A stretch of 63,616 nt of DNA, counting the filler, from Octopus bimaculoides (Eukaryota): assembly GCF_001194135.2 (NCBI RefSeq). It is 6 parts of 5 records of this genome, joined end to end, with 100 filler letters (N's around TTAATTAATTAA, not from the genome) between each part and the next. Parts side by side here need not be neighbours in the genome. Positions count along the whole stretch, not along the records: positions 1 to 16,734 come from NC_068983.1; positions 16,835 to 33,021 come from NC_068985.1; 4 more parts are not named here. One strand, written 5' to 3'. A program made the position numbers and the translations under genes. Of the stretch, positions 14,564 through 25,847 are shown piece by piece (the first letter of the stretch is position 1; each line of letters opens with the position of its first letter). A model generated the notes under the pieces. The model did no database searches. It was not told where the DNA came from and saw only the letters and a list, made by a program, of their open reading frames with translations.

Positions 14564-14682
14564 TAATGTTGCAAATATTGTGAAACAAATAGCATAAAGT
14601 TTACTGTATGCCTAGTTTTAATTCCCTGTGACAAGCCAGTTAATTTTAAGTAAATATTTTGGTAGGATAGTTAGCAATAAAT

Positions 14683-14890
14683 ATAAGGTGGCGAGCTAAC
14701 AGAACCATTAACACACCAGACAAAATGCTTAACATCATTTTCCAATTGTTTTTACACTTTGAGTTCAAACTCCACCGAGATCAGCTTGCCTGTCATCATT
14801 TCAGAGTCAATAAAATAATCACCAATTGAGCACTAGTGCAAAGACAAAAAAGAAAATTCAGGCCTTGTACCAATAGTAGAAAGGATTATT
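14683..14890 (+). mobile_element. SINE family A
   Basis: GGTGGCGAGCTAACAGAA head, GAGTTCAAACTCC B box, GGCCTTGTACC tail. Confidence 0.7.
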
Positions 14891-14984
14891 TACATTTTAC
14901 ATCTAGTCAAAAACAAGGTTACTAATCCATAAATATTTTATCTTATTAACAGCTCACATAAGGCACTTCATTATACTTATGTTA

Positions 14985-15187
14985 TTGCTTTCAAATTTTG
15001 GCACAAGGCCATAAATTTGGGGGAAGGGTAAGTTGACCAATTGACCCCCAGAGTTCAACTGATACTTATTTTATCAACCCCAAAAGGATGAAAGGCAAAG
15101 TCAACCTTAGCAAACTTTAAAATCAGAGATTAAAGATGGATGAAATGCTGCTAAGCATTTTTTCCTGGCATGCTAACGATTCTGCCA
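14985..15187 (-). mobile_element. SINE family A
   Basis: Reverse complement of the family A consensus. Confidence 0.7.
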
Positions 15188-16092
15188 TATGTAACTATTG
15201 ATATTAGAAATAAAAGCATGCCTGTCATACAATTGTGTTATTCACCCTCAATGAATCCAAGTCAGACAGACATAGCGTTTATGTAAGTCAACACAACCCT
15301 AAAATATTTTGAACTAATTTGCTGATCTTAGTTTAAATTAGTAAGAATTTCTAAGGGCAGGGATCCAATTTAACTTTTCAAACAGATAAACCTGAAAAAA
15401 AAAAAAAACCGGGGGGGAAAAATTTCAAAACCTGAAAAAAATTAAAATCTGAATGCCATTTAAAAAGAATAACTAAAAAAAATTTTTTTTTTTCCTAATA
15501 CTATTTAATACCAGTTATGGGCAAACTGCAAACCACAGGTAACATTTAGTCTGTGGGACTTTCTAAGTGGCACACCTAACAAAAAATTACCTTGAAATGA
15601 GCAATGTTACATGTGGCCCACTTCTCAAAAAAGGCAGCCCATACATGATATAGAATAACACTTAAAATAACACTTCTTTTTTTTTTTTCAGTGAATTCAA
15701 AATTCAGTTTCAATTACTAATTTGACTCAATTTTTCCAAGGTAGTTTCAATTTGTGATAATATCTTAATAATATACAATTTCATAAAACATTATGAATAT
15801 TTATTATAAATTGTAATAAATTACACAGATAATTTACTTACCATTATGAATGTAAGTAACAGCTATAACTGACTTTCTCTCACTCCCTCTCTCAGAAAAA
15901 GGAAAAGAAGACAAACTAAAAACAACCAATTTATCAACTTTTTAATAATATAAATTATAAGAAAATAAAGCAAAAATTAATACTGCAGTGTATGTGTGAG
16001 TGTTTAAATGGTTATCATGAATGACTCTACTATGAGGCACTAATTTTAATATAATGTATATACAATATATCAATACATATATATATATATAT

Positions 16093-16257
16093 ATCATCAT
16101 CATCATTATCATCATCATTATCGTTTAATGTCCGCTTTCCATGCTAGCATGGGTTGGACGATTTGACTGAGGACTGGTGAACCAGATGGCTACACCAGGC
16201 TCCAATTTGATTTGGCAGAGTTTCTGCAGCTGGATGCCCTTCCTAACACCAACCACT
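16093..16257 (-). mobile_element. SINE family C, 5' truncated
   Basis: (ATC)n-GTTTAATGTCCGCTTTCCATGCTAGCATG... Confidence 0.8.
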
Positions 16258-16492
16258 TTCTTATATATAAGAAAATGAAATGATAAAGGAAAAAACAATT
16301 ATATCATGAACTATAGCTTACTGCTGTTTCTGCTATAAGATGTAGAGCCATAGTTGAGGGATGCTATATCTGCTATAAGATGTGGACCTATAGCTGAGTG
16401 CTGCCTGAATAACACCTTATAGTTTCCTTGCAGTCTCAAATATGAAGTGCAATTTATTTGTGAAAAGAATTTATATATATATGTATATATAT

Positions 16493-16734
16493 ATCATCAT
16501 CATCATCATCATCATCGTTTAACGTCCGCTTTCCATGCTAGCATGGGTTGGACGATTTGACTGAGGACTGGTGAAACCGGATGGCAACACCAGGCTCCAG
16601 TCTGATTTGGCAGAGTTTCTACAGCTGGATGCCCTTCCTAACGCCAACCACTCAGAGAGTGTAGTGGGTGCTTTTACGTGTCACCCGCACGAAAACGGCC
16701 ACGCTCGAAATGGTGTCTTTTATGTGCCACCCGC
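16493..16734 (-). mobile_element. SINE family C
   Basis: Near-identical to the reverse complement of 10470-10692. Runs into a scaffold join. Confidence 0.8.
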
Positions 16735-16778
16735 NNNNNNNNNNNNNNNNNNNNNNNNNNNNNNNNNNNNNNNNNNNN

Positions 16779-16790
16779 TTAATTAATTAA
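16779..16790. other. Artificial assembly linker TTAATTAATTAA (also 33066-33077, 43755-43766, 54749-54760, 62181-62192)
   Basis: Identical 12-mer with stops in all six frames, always flanked by exactly 44 N on each side (100-bp spacer). Confidence 0.95.
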
Positions 16791-16940
16791 NNNNNNNNNN
16801 NNNNNNNNNNNNNNNNNNNNNNNNNNNNNNNNNNATATATATTATATGTCCTTTCATTACTGAATCATTTCAATTAACCATACAGACAAGGTTGATCTTT
16901 TACCTTTTAGAACAGATATGAAGACCTCTGAACAACGTAA

Positions 16941-17023
16941 GTCGTCGTGGCCGAGTGGTTAAGGCGATGGACTTGAAATCCATTGGGGTCCTCCCCGCAT
17001 AGGTTCGAATCCTATCGGCGACG
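16941..17023 (+). tRNA. tRNA-Ser (anticodon UGA)
   Basis: Full cloverleaf: acceptor GTCGTCG/CGGCGAC, A box TGGCCGAGTGG, anticodon arm ATGGA-CTTGAAA-TCCAT, long variable arm, T arm ATAGG-TTCGAAT-CCTAT. Confidence 0.97.
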
Positions 17024-17024
17024 G

Positions 17025-17032
17025 TTTTTTTT
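17025..17032 (+). terminator. RNA Pol III T8 terminator of tRNA-Ser
   Basis: Eight T residues start 2 nt after the discriminator base. Confidence 0.85.
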
Positions 17033-17124
17033 CTTTCTTTTTTTATAAATAGAAAGTGATTTTACATTTTTATTAATAAACAGCAAGTTTTTATTTAGAT
17101 ACAAGGTCTATAATTTTAGACGGA

Positions 17125-17300
17125 GGGTGTTACCAGAGACCGTCTACCCCTAGAACATGAGTGATACTTAATTTTATCGACCCCAGAGGAATTAATAGGT
17201 AAAGTAAATCTCATCTGGAATTGAACTGAGAACTTAAAAAGCCGGCATAAATATTGCAAGACATAAATATCGCAAGACACTCTAACAATCCGTCAAATCC
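17125..17300 (-). mobile_element. SINE family A, diverged, lying between the two tRNA-Ser copies
   Basis: TACTTAATTTTATCGACCCC...TTGAACTGAGAAC. Confidence 0.55.
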
Positions 17301-17477
17301 ACCCGTCGTAATATATTCATTTCATCCGCCCCATATTTCGAGCAATTTCTCGTATTCTAATACATTGTCACACAAGGCATCGAAACTTCTATAGCACTAA
17401 CACATTACACTAAATAATAAAATTTGTTTTTGCTTTGTCACCAATTAGTAGAGTTATGAAGCTGTAACATTGATGCA

Positions 17478-17559
17478 ATCGACTTGGCCGAGTGGTTAAA
17501 GCGATTGAATTGAAATCTTTTGGAGTTTTTCTGCGTAAGTTTCGATTCTGTTGACGATG
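17478..17559 (+). pseudogene. Degenerate tRNA-Ser(UGA) copy
   Basis: TTGGCCGAGTGGTTAAAGCGATTGAATTGAAATC...TTTCGATTCTGTTGACGATG aligns to the 16941 gene. Acceptor, anticodon and T stems are broken and the B box is mutated. Confidence 0.8.
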
Positions 17560-18738
17560 TTAGTTTCATTTTCCCTTTTTGTGTTTTTTTTAATGTCATT
17601 TAACATATATAAAATTAGCAGAAATATCCAGCGTTGCATGGATTAAAGAAAATAATGAAATTCGAAAATGCCTTTTAGATCTCTAACATGACACATGGAT
17701 TATGCAGTTCTCAACAGTAATTAACCGAGGTACAAACTATCAATGTCAATAACATATTTTGTCCAATGTTCTCACTGTTAAAATTGTTAAAAAAAACAGA
17801 TAGTTCTTTGTCTTTGCAATCACCTTCAATTGTCAGTAATTATTTGAAGCACATTGAACCTGAAAATGCATAAACTTGAGAAGAACCAGCCTGCAGGCAC
17901 TCCTCTCCTGTTAAAAAGTACATCAACTCCATGCAAAATACATTTAAATGAGCATTCATTATAACGGCATTCCCACATGCATTCTTTTCAAGTTATTTCG
18001 ATGTTACACTCGCTTGCCCTAAGCCTTATTGCACGCAAATGGAGAAAACGTTCACTGCGTATATATCGATTGCTGTACGCCAGCGTCTAACAGCTCTGGC
18101 TTTTTAATGCACAAAAAATTGAAATTATTTTTTTTCTGTGCCTCTGATTAAAATTTTCGTAAAACAAACCCAGCTACATTACTTGGAAAAAAATAATCTT
18201 TATTGTGCTGGTTTTNNNNNNNNNNNNNNNNNNNNNNNNNNNNNNNNNNNNNNNNNNNNNNNNNNNNNNNNNNNNNNNNNNNNNNNNNNNNNNNNNNNNN
18301 NNNNNNNNNNNNNNNNNNNNNNNNNNNNNNNNNNNNNNNNNNNNNNNNNNNNNNNNNNNNNNNNNNNNNNNNNNNNNNNNNNNNNNNNNNNNNNNNNNNN
18401 NNNNNNNNNNNNNNNNNNNNNNNNNNNNNNNNNNNNNNNNNNNNNNNNNNNNNNNNNNNNNNNNNNNNNNNNNNNNNNNNNNNNNNNNNNNNNNNNNNNN
18501 NNNNNNNNNNNNNNNNNNNNNNNNNNNNNNNNNNNNNNNNNNNNNNNNNNNNNNNNNNNNNNNNNNNNNNNNNNNNNNNNNNNNNNNNNNNNNNNNNNNN
18601 NNNNNNNNNNNNNNNNNNNNNNNNNNNNNNNNNNNNNNNNNNNNNNNNNNNNNNNNNNNNNNNNNNNNNNNNNNNNNNNNNNNNNNNNNNNNNNNNNNNN
18701 NNNNNNNNNNNNNNNNNNNNNNNNNNNNNNNNNNNNNC

Positions 18739-19130
18739 GATGAGCTGGCAGAAACGTTAGCACGCCGGGTGAAATGCTTAGCGGTATTTTGTCTGTCGCT
18801 ACGTTCTGAGTTCAAATTCCGCCGAGGTCGACTTTGCTTTTCATCCTTTCGGGGTCGATTAAATAAGTACCAGTTACGCACTGGGGTCGATATAATCGAC
18901 TTAATCCGTTTGTCTGTCCTTGTTTGTCCCCTCTGTGTGTAGCCCCTTGTGGGCAGTAAAGAAATAGGTATTTTGTCTGTCTTTACGTTCTGAGTTCAAA
19001 TTCCGCCGAGGTTGACTTTGTCTTTCGGGGTCGATAGATTAAGTACAAGTTGCGTACTGGGGTCGATCTAATCGACTGGCCCCCTCCCCAAAAATTTCGA
19101 GCCTTGTGCCTAGAGTAGAAAAGAATATTT
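18739..19130 (+). mobile_element. tRNA-derived SINE family A, dimeric copy
   Basis: A box TGGCAGAAACGTTAG and B box GAGTTCAAATTCC. The body GTCGACTTTGCCTTTCATCCTTTCGGGGTCGAT is repeated in a second unit. Confidence 0.85.
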
Positions 19131-19274
19131 GTTGAATAATTCGTGTTTCAAAATAAAATTGAAGAAACGTATATACTCCAAAACAAAGGATGCAAGAAAA
19201 AAAGTTCGCTAAGTGCCGACATTTTCAACATACTCGAACGTTTATTTGTGTTTCATTTATATTTTATCTTTATC

Positions 19275-19640
19275 TTTTATTTGCTTCAGTCACTGGACTA
19301 CGACCTTGCTGGGGCAACGCCTTGGAGAGTTTTAATCGAACAGACCAACCCCAAAATTTTTTTAAAGTTTGGGACTTATTCTATCGGTAAATTACAGGGA
19401 CACAAACAAACCAACACCGAATATCAAGCGGTGGTGGGAGGGGGAACAAACATAGACACAAAGACGCATACACAAACATATATATAGGACCGACTTCCAC
19501 AGTTCCCGTTTACCAAATAAACTCAAAAGGCATTGGTTGGCCTGCGGTTATAGTAGAGGATACTCGCCTAAAGTGCAGCGCAATGAGACTGAACCCGAAA
19601 CCGCATCGTTGCAAAGCGAACTCCTTAACCACCCTAACAC
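19275..19640 (-). mobile_element. SINE family B, diverged
   Basis: Reverse complement of family B. Confidence 0.7.
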
Positions 19641-20879
19641 AAGCACAAGTGAACAGTTTGAAAGCATCGACTTGGTGGTTCTATCTGGATAATATCCTGC
19701 AATTGATATCAACAAGTCTGGTAACTAATATAGAGTATTCAAGCAACAAATGGCCTCAAGTTTCACTTTGACGTGTCGACTGTTTGCATTAAAATAAAAT
19801 AGCTTTCTGTTTTTTTTTATTACGCTAAATACTGTTCAATACATCCTGTTCACACTTACGTTATACAGATTCTGTCTATATAAATAGATTCAAAAGAGGC
19901 TCTGATTGAAATAAATTGCAACTAAATTGAGTTCTTTGGTTACTAATTGATATCCGTCGCTAAGCAAAAATGGTTTTCTTGCATTTGTCATTATTCATTG
20001 ATTTGATGAAAAATATAATTAGATGTATTTAAATAGATAATTCTCATCTTTCAATTTTTCGCAGCATTTATCTCGCCTACAGTCTATCCACTGATACGTA
20101 ACCGTCCCAACGTTCACCTACTAATACAATATTCGGTTCGTCGAGGTAAAAGACGTTGTTCACCTTTGACGTTGAGGCTCACTAGTCGGCTCTTTGGAAC
20201 GTTATTGTTCTAAAAGGGCTTAAAAGAAAATTTGAACATTCTAAGACATTTTTGAGGTTTTCTCTTTGTAGCTCAACATCACGGGAGAAGTGGTCAAAGG
20301 ACGTCATTTCAGTGTCGCCCGAGATGAGAATTCACATGGCTCGAGATCCACAGTTGGAGCTCACTCACTAATTCATCTTTACTCGGATAGCAGTGGCCAG
20401 CATATCTTGTTCTCTGCTCTCGAATGATTGATGATATGTTGGGAAATATCATTAAAAGAAACCTTATGAAGGAGTTTCAATTTTTAAGCACTCTCGCATA
20501 TAGCATTATTTCTTTCTGTTGATGTTTACATTTTTTTCCAAAAACCTCTTATACTATTATATTTTAAACAATGGAGGTCACGATTCTGCAATTTTTATTT
20601 TTAAATTTCAATTTTTGGAAAAAAATATCTTGCTTTTACCTCTTTTCACAACAAATTTCTTCTTTATTGTTTCACAAGTTGTTTCTGAATTACGTTTTAA
20701 ACAATAGAAAATACGAATAAGTACAAGTTTCTTTTTAGCTTTTGTTCCCCACTTTTCCTCTCCCCCATTAGAGTACAAAACTGACTATGTTGGAATTGGA
20801 TTTGGAATGAAGATGATAATGATCAGTCCTTGGCATAGCCAGTTCGCCAATTTGCTTAATTGAATTTAAATTTAAACGC

Positions 20880-21720
20880 CAGACTTCTACGAAAAAAGCT
20901 CAAATTACTTTTTTAAAAAAGAAATATAGAAATAAACCTTTACTAGTACATCTAAATCAGTGTCTAATAAATTTTCAATATTGTTAAATTCCTCAGTATT
21001 TCCAGTACTGTTACGTTGTTTCTCAGGCAGATCTATGTCCATTGTGCTTATTTCATGCAATGTTGCTTCAGGTAAATAATAATCTTTGCAGCATTTATCA
21101 GATTGTTTCAGGTCACATTTTATTGAGAAAACAGCTCCTAGCATTGGAAGTCGCATCTTATTTTTTCAGTTCTGTTTTGATAACATTCATTTTATAGAAA
21201 TATCTTTCTAGAATATTTGAATTAGGTAACATAAAAAAGACTGAGAGCAAATACTGCAGCATTTCTAAAGAGATTTCCTTTTGTGGCATTTTTGTAATGA
21301 ATAATTTCTGTCCAAAATTCTTCAATGTTAGTTGTGTTGAATCCATTTAAGCATATAAATGCTATTATATTCTGATTCTATACTTGTTATATCATTATTA
21401 TTTAAATTCATTGGCTCCCAAAGTAGAATAATTGAGACTACTTAACATATCTCAATGTATTTTTTACAGAAAAGCATTTAATGTTCTTCGATATCATTGC
21501 TTAATGTTTGTGAGGCACAGAAGAAACTTTTTAAACATTTTCTGAACATTTTTCCTCTTCATCAGCTGTTAGCTATGCTTTGGCATTATTTCTTCTACCT
21601 TTTCTTTCAAACCTATAGTCAAAATTCAAGTGAGGAACACCTTTCACGTCGTTTGTAATGCTGCTTAAAATAATCACCGCGATATGAAAAATTTCGCCTT
21701 GAACAATAGGTGAGATTCAC
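20880..21720 (-). mobile_element. hAT transposase C-terminal (dimerisation domain) remnant
   Basis: LLSVFFMLPNSNILERYFYKMNVIKTELKK followed, after a frameshift, by MRLPMLGAVFSIKCDL. Matches the hAT LP.S...ER.FS.MN..KT.LRN pattern. Confidence 0.7.
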
Positions 21721-22241
21721 TGCATATAATATTCTTTGGTGTTTATATAAATATATAAACCAGGCCCTAGCTATATTTCTCCAGTGTGATAAGGGATCTT
21801 AAACACACAACTTCGGGACCTGTTTTTTTTTTCATTTGATAAGTTCTTAAGGAAACCTTCCAAAAGGTGATTAATGACACCTATGATCTGCTTAAACTGT
21901 CAGGAAGTCGTGAACCGGGGGGAATTTTAGAGGCTTGTAGTTATGAACAGGAAAGACATAGTGTTATGATTATTGCGGTTCTGGTTGGAGGACTCAAAAC
22001 GGGTGATGAGAGGAAGATGGATAAGTCAGTCGGGAATGCATAAGTAGAGGCGGAAAGAAAGCAGCCAGTCTCGGCAAGCAGAAGTCATCGGAGTAGAAGC
22101 AAAAGATACAAAGGAAGAAAAGAGCACATCTATGAGCTAGAGATGGAGAGTGCTACAGGGTGACTTTGTGCCAAGTAGCTGAGAAGTTACATATGAATAT
22201 TAGCGATGATGTATATGTGAGTAACAGCAGCATCCATCTAA

Positions 22242-22682
22242 TATTCCTTTCTTTCCTACTCTAGGCACAAGGCCCGAAAATTTTGGGGTGGGGGCCAGTC
22301 GATTAGATTGACCCCAGTGCGCAACTGGTACTTAATTTATCGACCCTGAAAGGAATAAAGGCAAAGTCGACTTCGGCGGTATTTGAACTCAAAATGTAAA
22401 GACAGACAAAAAACCGCTAAACATTTCAGCCGGCGTGCTAACGTTTCTTATTTCTTTATTGCTCACAAGGGGCTAAACATAGAGTGGACAAACAAGGACA
22501 GACAACGGGATTAAGTCGATTACATCGACCCCAGTGCGTAACTGGTACTTAATTTATTGACCCCGAAAGGATGAAAGGCAAAGTCGACCTCGGCGGAATA
22601 TGAACTCAGAACGTAAAGACGGACGAAATACCGCTAAGCATTTCGCCCGGCGTGCTAACGTTTCTGCCAACTCGCCGCCTTG
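22242..22682 (-). mobile_element. tRNA-derived SINE family A, dimeric copy
   Basis: Reverse complement has the same two-unit architecture and linker as 18739-19130. Confidence 0.85.
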
Positions 22683-22967
22683 GCATCCGTCTAATATGCA
22701 GGAATACTTTTGTTGGTTTTCCCTGAGTCTTGTAGAGGTTCAAGAATTGTTAAGGGTTGAAGTATATCAGGTCCGGAGGGAAAGAGTCAATCTTTGAGAT
22801 GAAGCATTAGTTATGTTAAAGATATACATTTGTCATGAAAAATCTTCAGTGATTGCGAGGTCTAAACATTTACATCAAATTAACTTGTAGGAAATCGGAA
22901 AGGAATAATAACCAGTTGTCAATTTTTTAAAATATCTTGCACATATTGAGAGTCTTGCGCATAATGT

Positions 22968-23180
22968 TGGTTTCAAATTTTGGTACAGGACAGCAATTTC
23001 GTGAAAGAGTTAAGTCGATTACATTGATCCCATTGCTTAACTGGTACTTTTTTTATTGACCCTGAGAGGATGAAAGGCAAAGTCGACCTCGGCGGCGTTC
23101 GAACTCAAAACGTAAAGACGGCCGAAATGCCGCTAAGCACTTTGCCTAGTGTACTAAAGATTCGGCCAGCTTGATGCCTT
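22968..23180 (-). mobile_element. SINE family A
   Basis: Reverse complement of the full family A monomer. Confidence 0.8.
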
Positions 23181-23207
23181 AGTTTTGAGTGTAACATTGA
23201 CAAACGA

Positions 23208-23425
23208 TTTAAAGCGGCGGACTGGCAGACTCGTTAGCTCGCCGGGCAAAATGTGTAGTAGCATTGCGTCCGTCTTCATGTTCTGAGTTCAAATTCCACC
23301 AAGATCGACTTTGCCTTTCATCTGTTCGTGATCGATAAAATAGGTATCAGTTGAACACTGGGATCAACGTAATTAACTTATCTCCACCACATAATTGCTG
23401 GCCTTGTGCCAAAATTTGAAATCAG
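23208..23425 (+). mobile_element. SINE family A
   Basis: Full monomer, head-to-head with 22968-23180. Confidence 0.8.
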
Positions 23426-24049
23426 TCTTGACATGATTTGGACAAGTATAGGCTCTGAAGCAGAGCGAACTGAAAATATGAAATGAGTGCTCAGGGTCTC
23501 ACAAACATCAGTCTACATTTACAGCTCTTTATTGCACTTAGAACTATCTCAAACACTGATATCGGGAATAAATTCATAATCTTATTTCCTGGAGTTGTCA
23601 GGAAAACTCTGTTCGTCATCGCAAAGAATACACTTGCTTAGGAGTTGAGAGGATGCCTTAAAGAATCCTATATTTGAAGACAAGTGGAAAACTTCGTCTA
23701 TCTACTCAGATGAGATTTTCTCTTAACAGAGATGTCTTGTTAGTTCAGCTTGAAGAAATTTTACTTCCGTTGAGAGCAATGACCTGCCACCAGTTAACGC
23801 TGAGAATAAAAATGTCAATATCCAAAAACATTGTGAAACAATCAATAACACATCTCAGGAAATACCTCAAAAATTTATCGTGGCCGCTCCCAGAATTATA
23901 GCAACCAACAGATAGTTTTCTGAACGTGCCATCCAAACTCCCCAAAATGACATTGTACAGAAGGCTAATGATAGCATCATTCACCAAGTTCTAGCCCAAC
24001 CCAAATAATAAAAGGTAGTTGATATTAATGATACTGTCAACTATCCGTC

Positions 24050-25285
24050 ATAATTTCTTTATTCTCTTCAACTCATTGCTTTCTCTCATCACAGTCTACA
24101 ACTCAAAATATGAGAACCTATTGTGCTCCTCTGAAATTTCGATGCTTCAACGCTTTCGTAACAGAGCTTGGTAAGTTGTTTGGTGCAGGAATTAGAGTGA
24201 GAAATGGAAGAAAGTGGAAGGTAACCAAAGTAGTCCAACCAGCAGGCAGTGAAGCGGCTGAAACACAAGGCTCTTCTTGAGAGTGCGATACAAGGCAGGA
24301 CCGGACTCGGAAGTATAATAACAACCCGATATGAAACGGCTAGCACGAAGGAGAGGGGAAAACTGCTGCAGGAGGAGGTGCGAACATCAGTGGAGAAAGA
24401 GTGGTGGCAATGCGGAAACAGCGTGTCTGGATGAAGTGGGAGTAAGCGAAGGAGTGAAATGGCACGTAGCAGGACAGCTGGAAGTGGATCCCGCAGAGGA
24501 GCAAATCCTTGAATCAGAGTGTCTATAATTTTCTCCCCAACTCATTCACCCTATTTGTATAGGGCATAGTGAAAACACTCACATACACCCTGTGTTCTTA
24601 AACGGACTCTAGAACATAGTCTTAACAGCTGTTTCAAGGCACTGAATAAGGAACGTTCTCGCTGAAGACATGATCGAATTTTTACGCCCATCGCTGTGGC
24701 AATCTGCAAGAAAGCAGTGAGTGCAGAAATGCCCAAACTATCACAAATATAACTGTTGTTAAGGAAGGAAAACGGTCGAAGAAAATCCAAGAACAGCTCC
24801 AATGTTTTATTTTCTAAGGTATGTGACTGACTGATGAAAAATGGCCTCGACAAGTTGCTTCATTTTCTGTCACATATAACCCAGATATTGTTGAGAACAG
24901 ATGCTACCTCGGTTTCTGAGGCTACAAAGCTAAACTATCAGCTGGTGACGGACAACAACAGGAATGGGTGAAGTACCAACTCTTTACCAGTGGAGGTGGG
25001 CAGTCGAGGGTTCGCAGAACTTTCTGTTAATAGGGCCAATGCAGCCCTGGGAATTAAAGAAAGAACAGAAAAAGATCCGCCATTAACAATATAGAGGCTG
25101 CTAAGAAAGCATCTAGACGACTCAGGTTGGAAGGTGTTGATCGGTGGTGTCAGTACAATGCCACTTGGATAGAGGCTTAGGCCTGAACAATTTAGGTCGA
25201 ATCGTTTGGACGAGGGAGCGTGCTCTTGGACCCAAAGTACTTAGTGAACCCCAAGATACAACATTGACGGTGTGGCCAAGTATTA
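24050..25285 (+). mobile_element. HERO-like RLE non-LTR retrotransposon, degraded 3' part
   Basis: AGIRVRNGRKWKV; RLKHKALL...QGRTGLG...KERGKLLQEEVR; CCHC-like LCS..TLEH.LNSC..AL...R.RHD; PVEVGSRGF; AAKKAS. It may extend 5' to about 23480. Confidence 0.7.
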
Positions 25286-25815
25286 CAACTACGTAGAACT
25301 ATATACATTCATATATATCAAATAGATAAAGAGTGGAATAGGTAAAACACAGACTACAGTCGTTTCATAACAAGTTGTAGTTTGTTACGTATTTAGTAAC
25401 AAACAAGAAGCAGCTCAGCTAATCTTATACATACACACACATACATACACACATACACACATACACACACACACGTACACACACACACACGTACACACAC
25501 ACACACACGTACACACACACACACGTACACACACACACGTATATATACATGAGTGCATGTGTATTACATAACTATTGATCTAAACTTTTGCACAAACACA
25601 TTCACACATATGGACGTATGCACGTATGACATATGCACGCATGTATGTGTGTGAGCGCGCGCGCATATCCATGTAGCACTCCACACGCTACTGTGACACA
25701 CAGTGAAGCTTTTCTGTCAGGCTGCCTTACAAAAACAACAAAAACTCTGCCCTACATATGGTATTGAGTACTCAGTTGAATACAGGTATTTTACTTGCCG
25801 CTCGACAATCAACAT

Positions 25816-25847
<32 letters not shown>

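Noticed and set aside
16561-16578. CTGAGGA...GAAAC inside SINE-C
   Set aside because: Only 5 nt between the core halves, so no stem II, and no matching cleavage arm.
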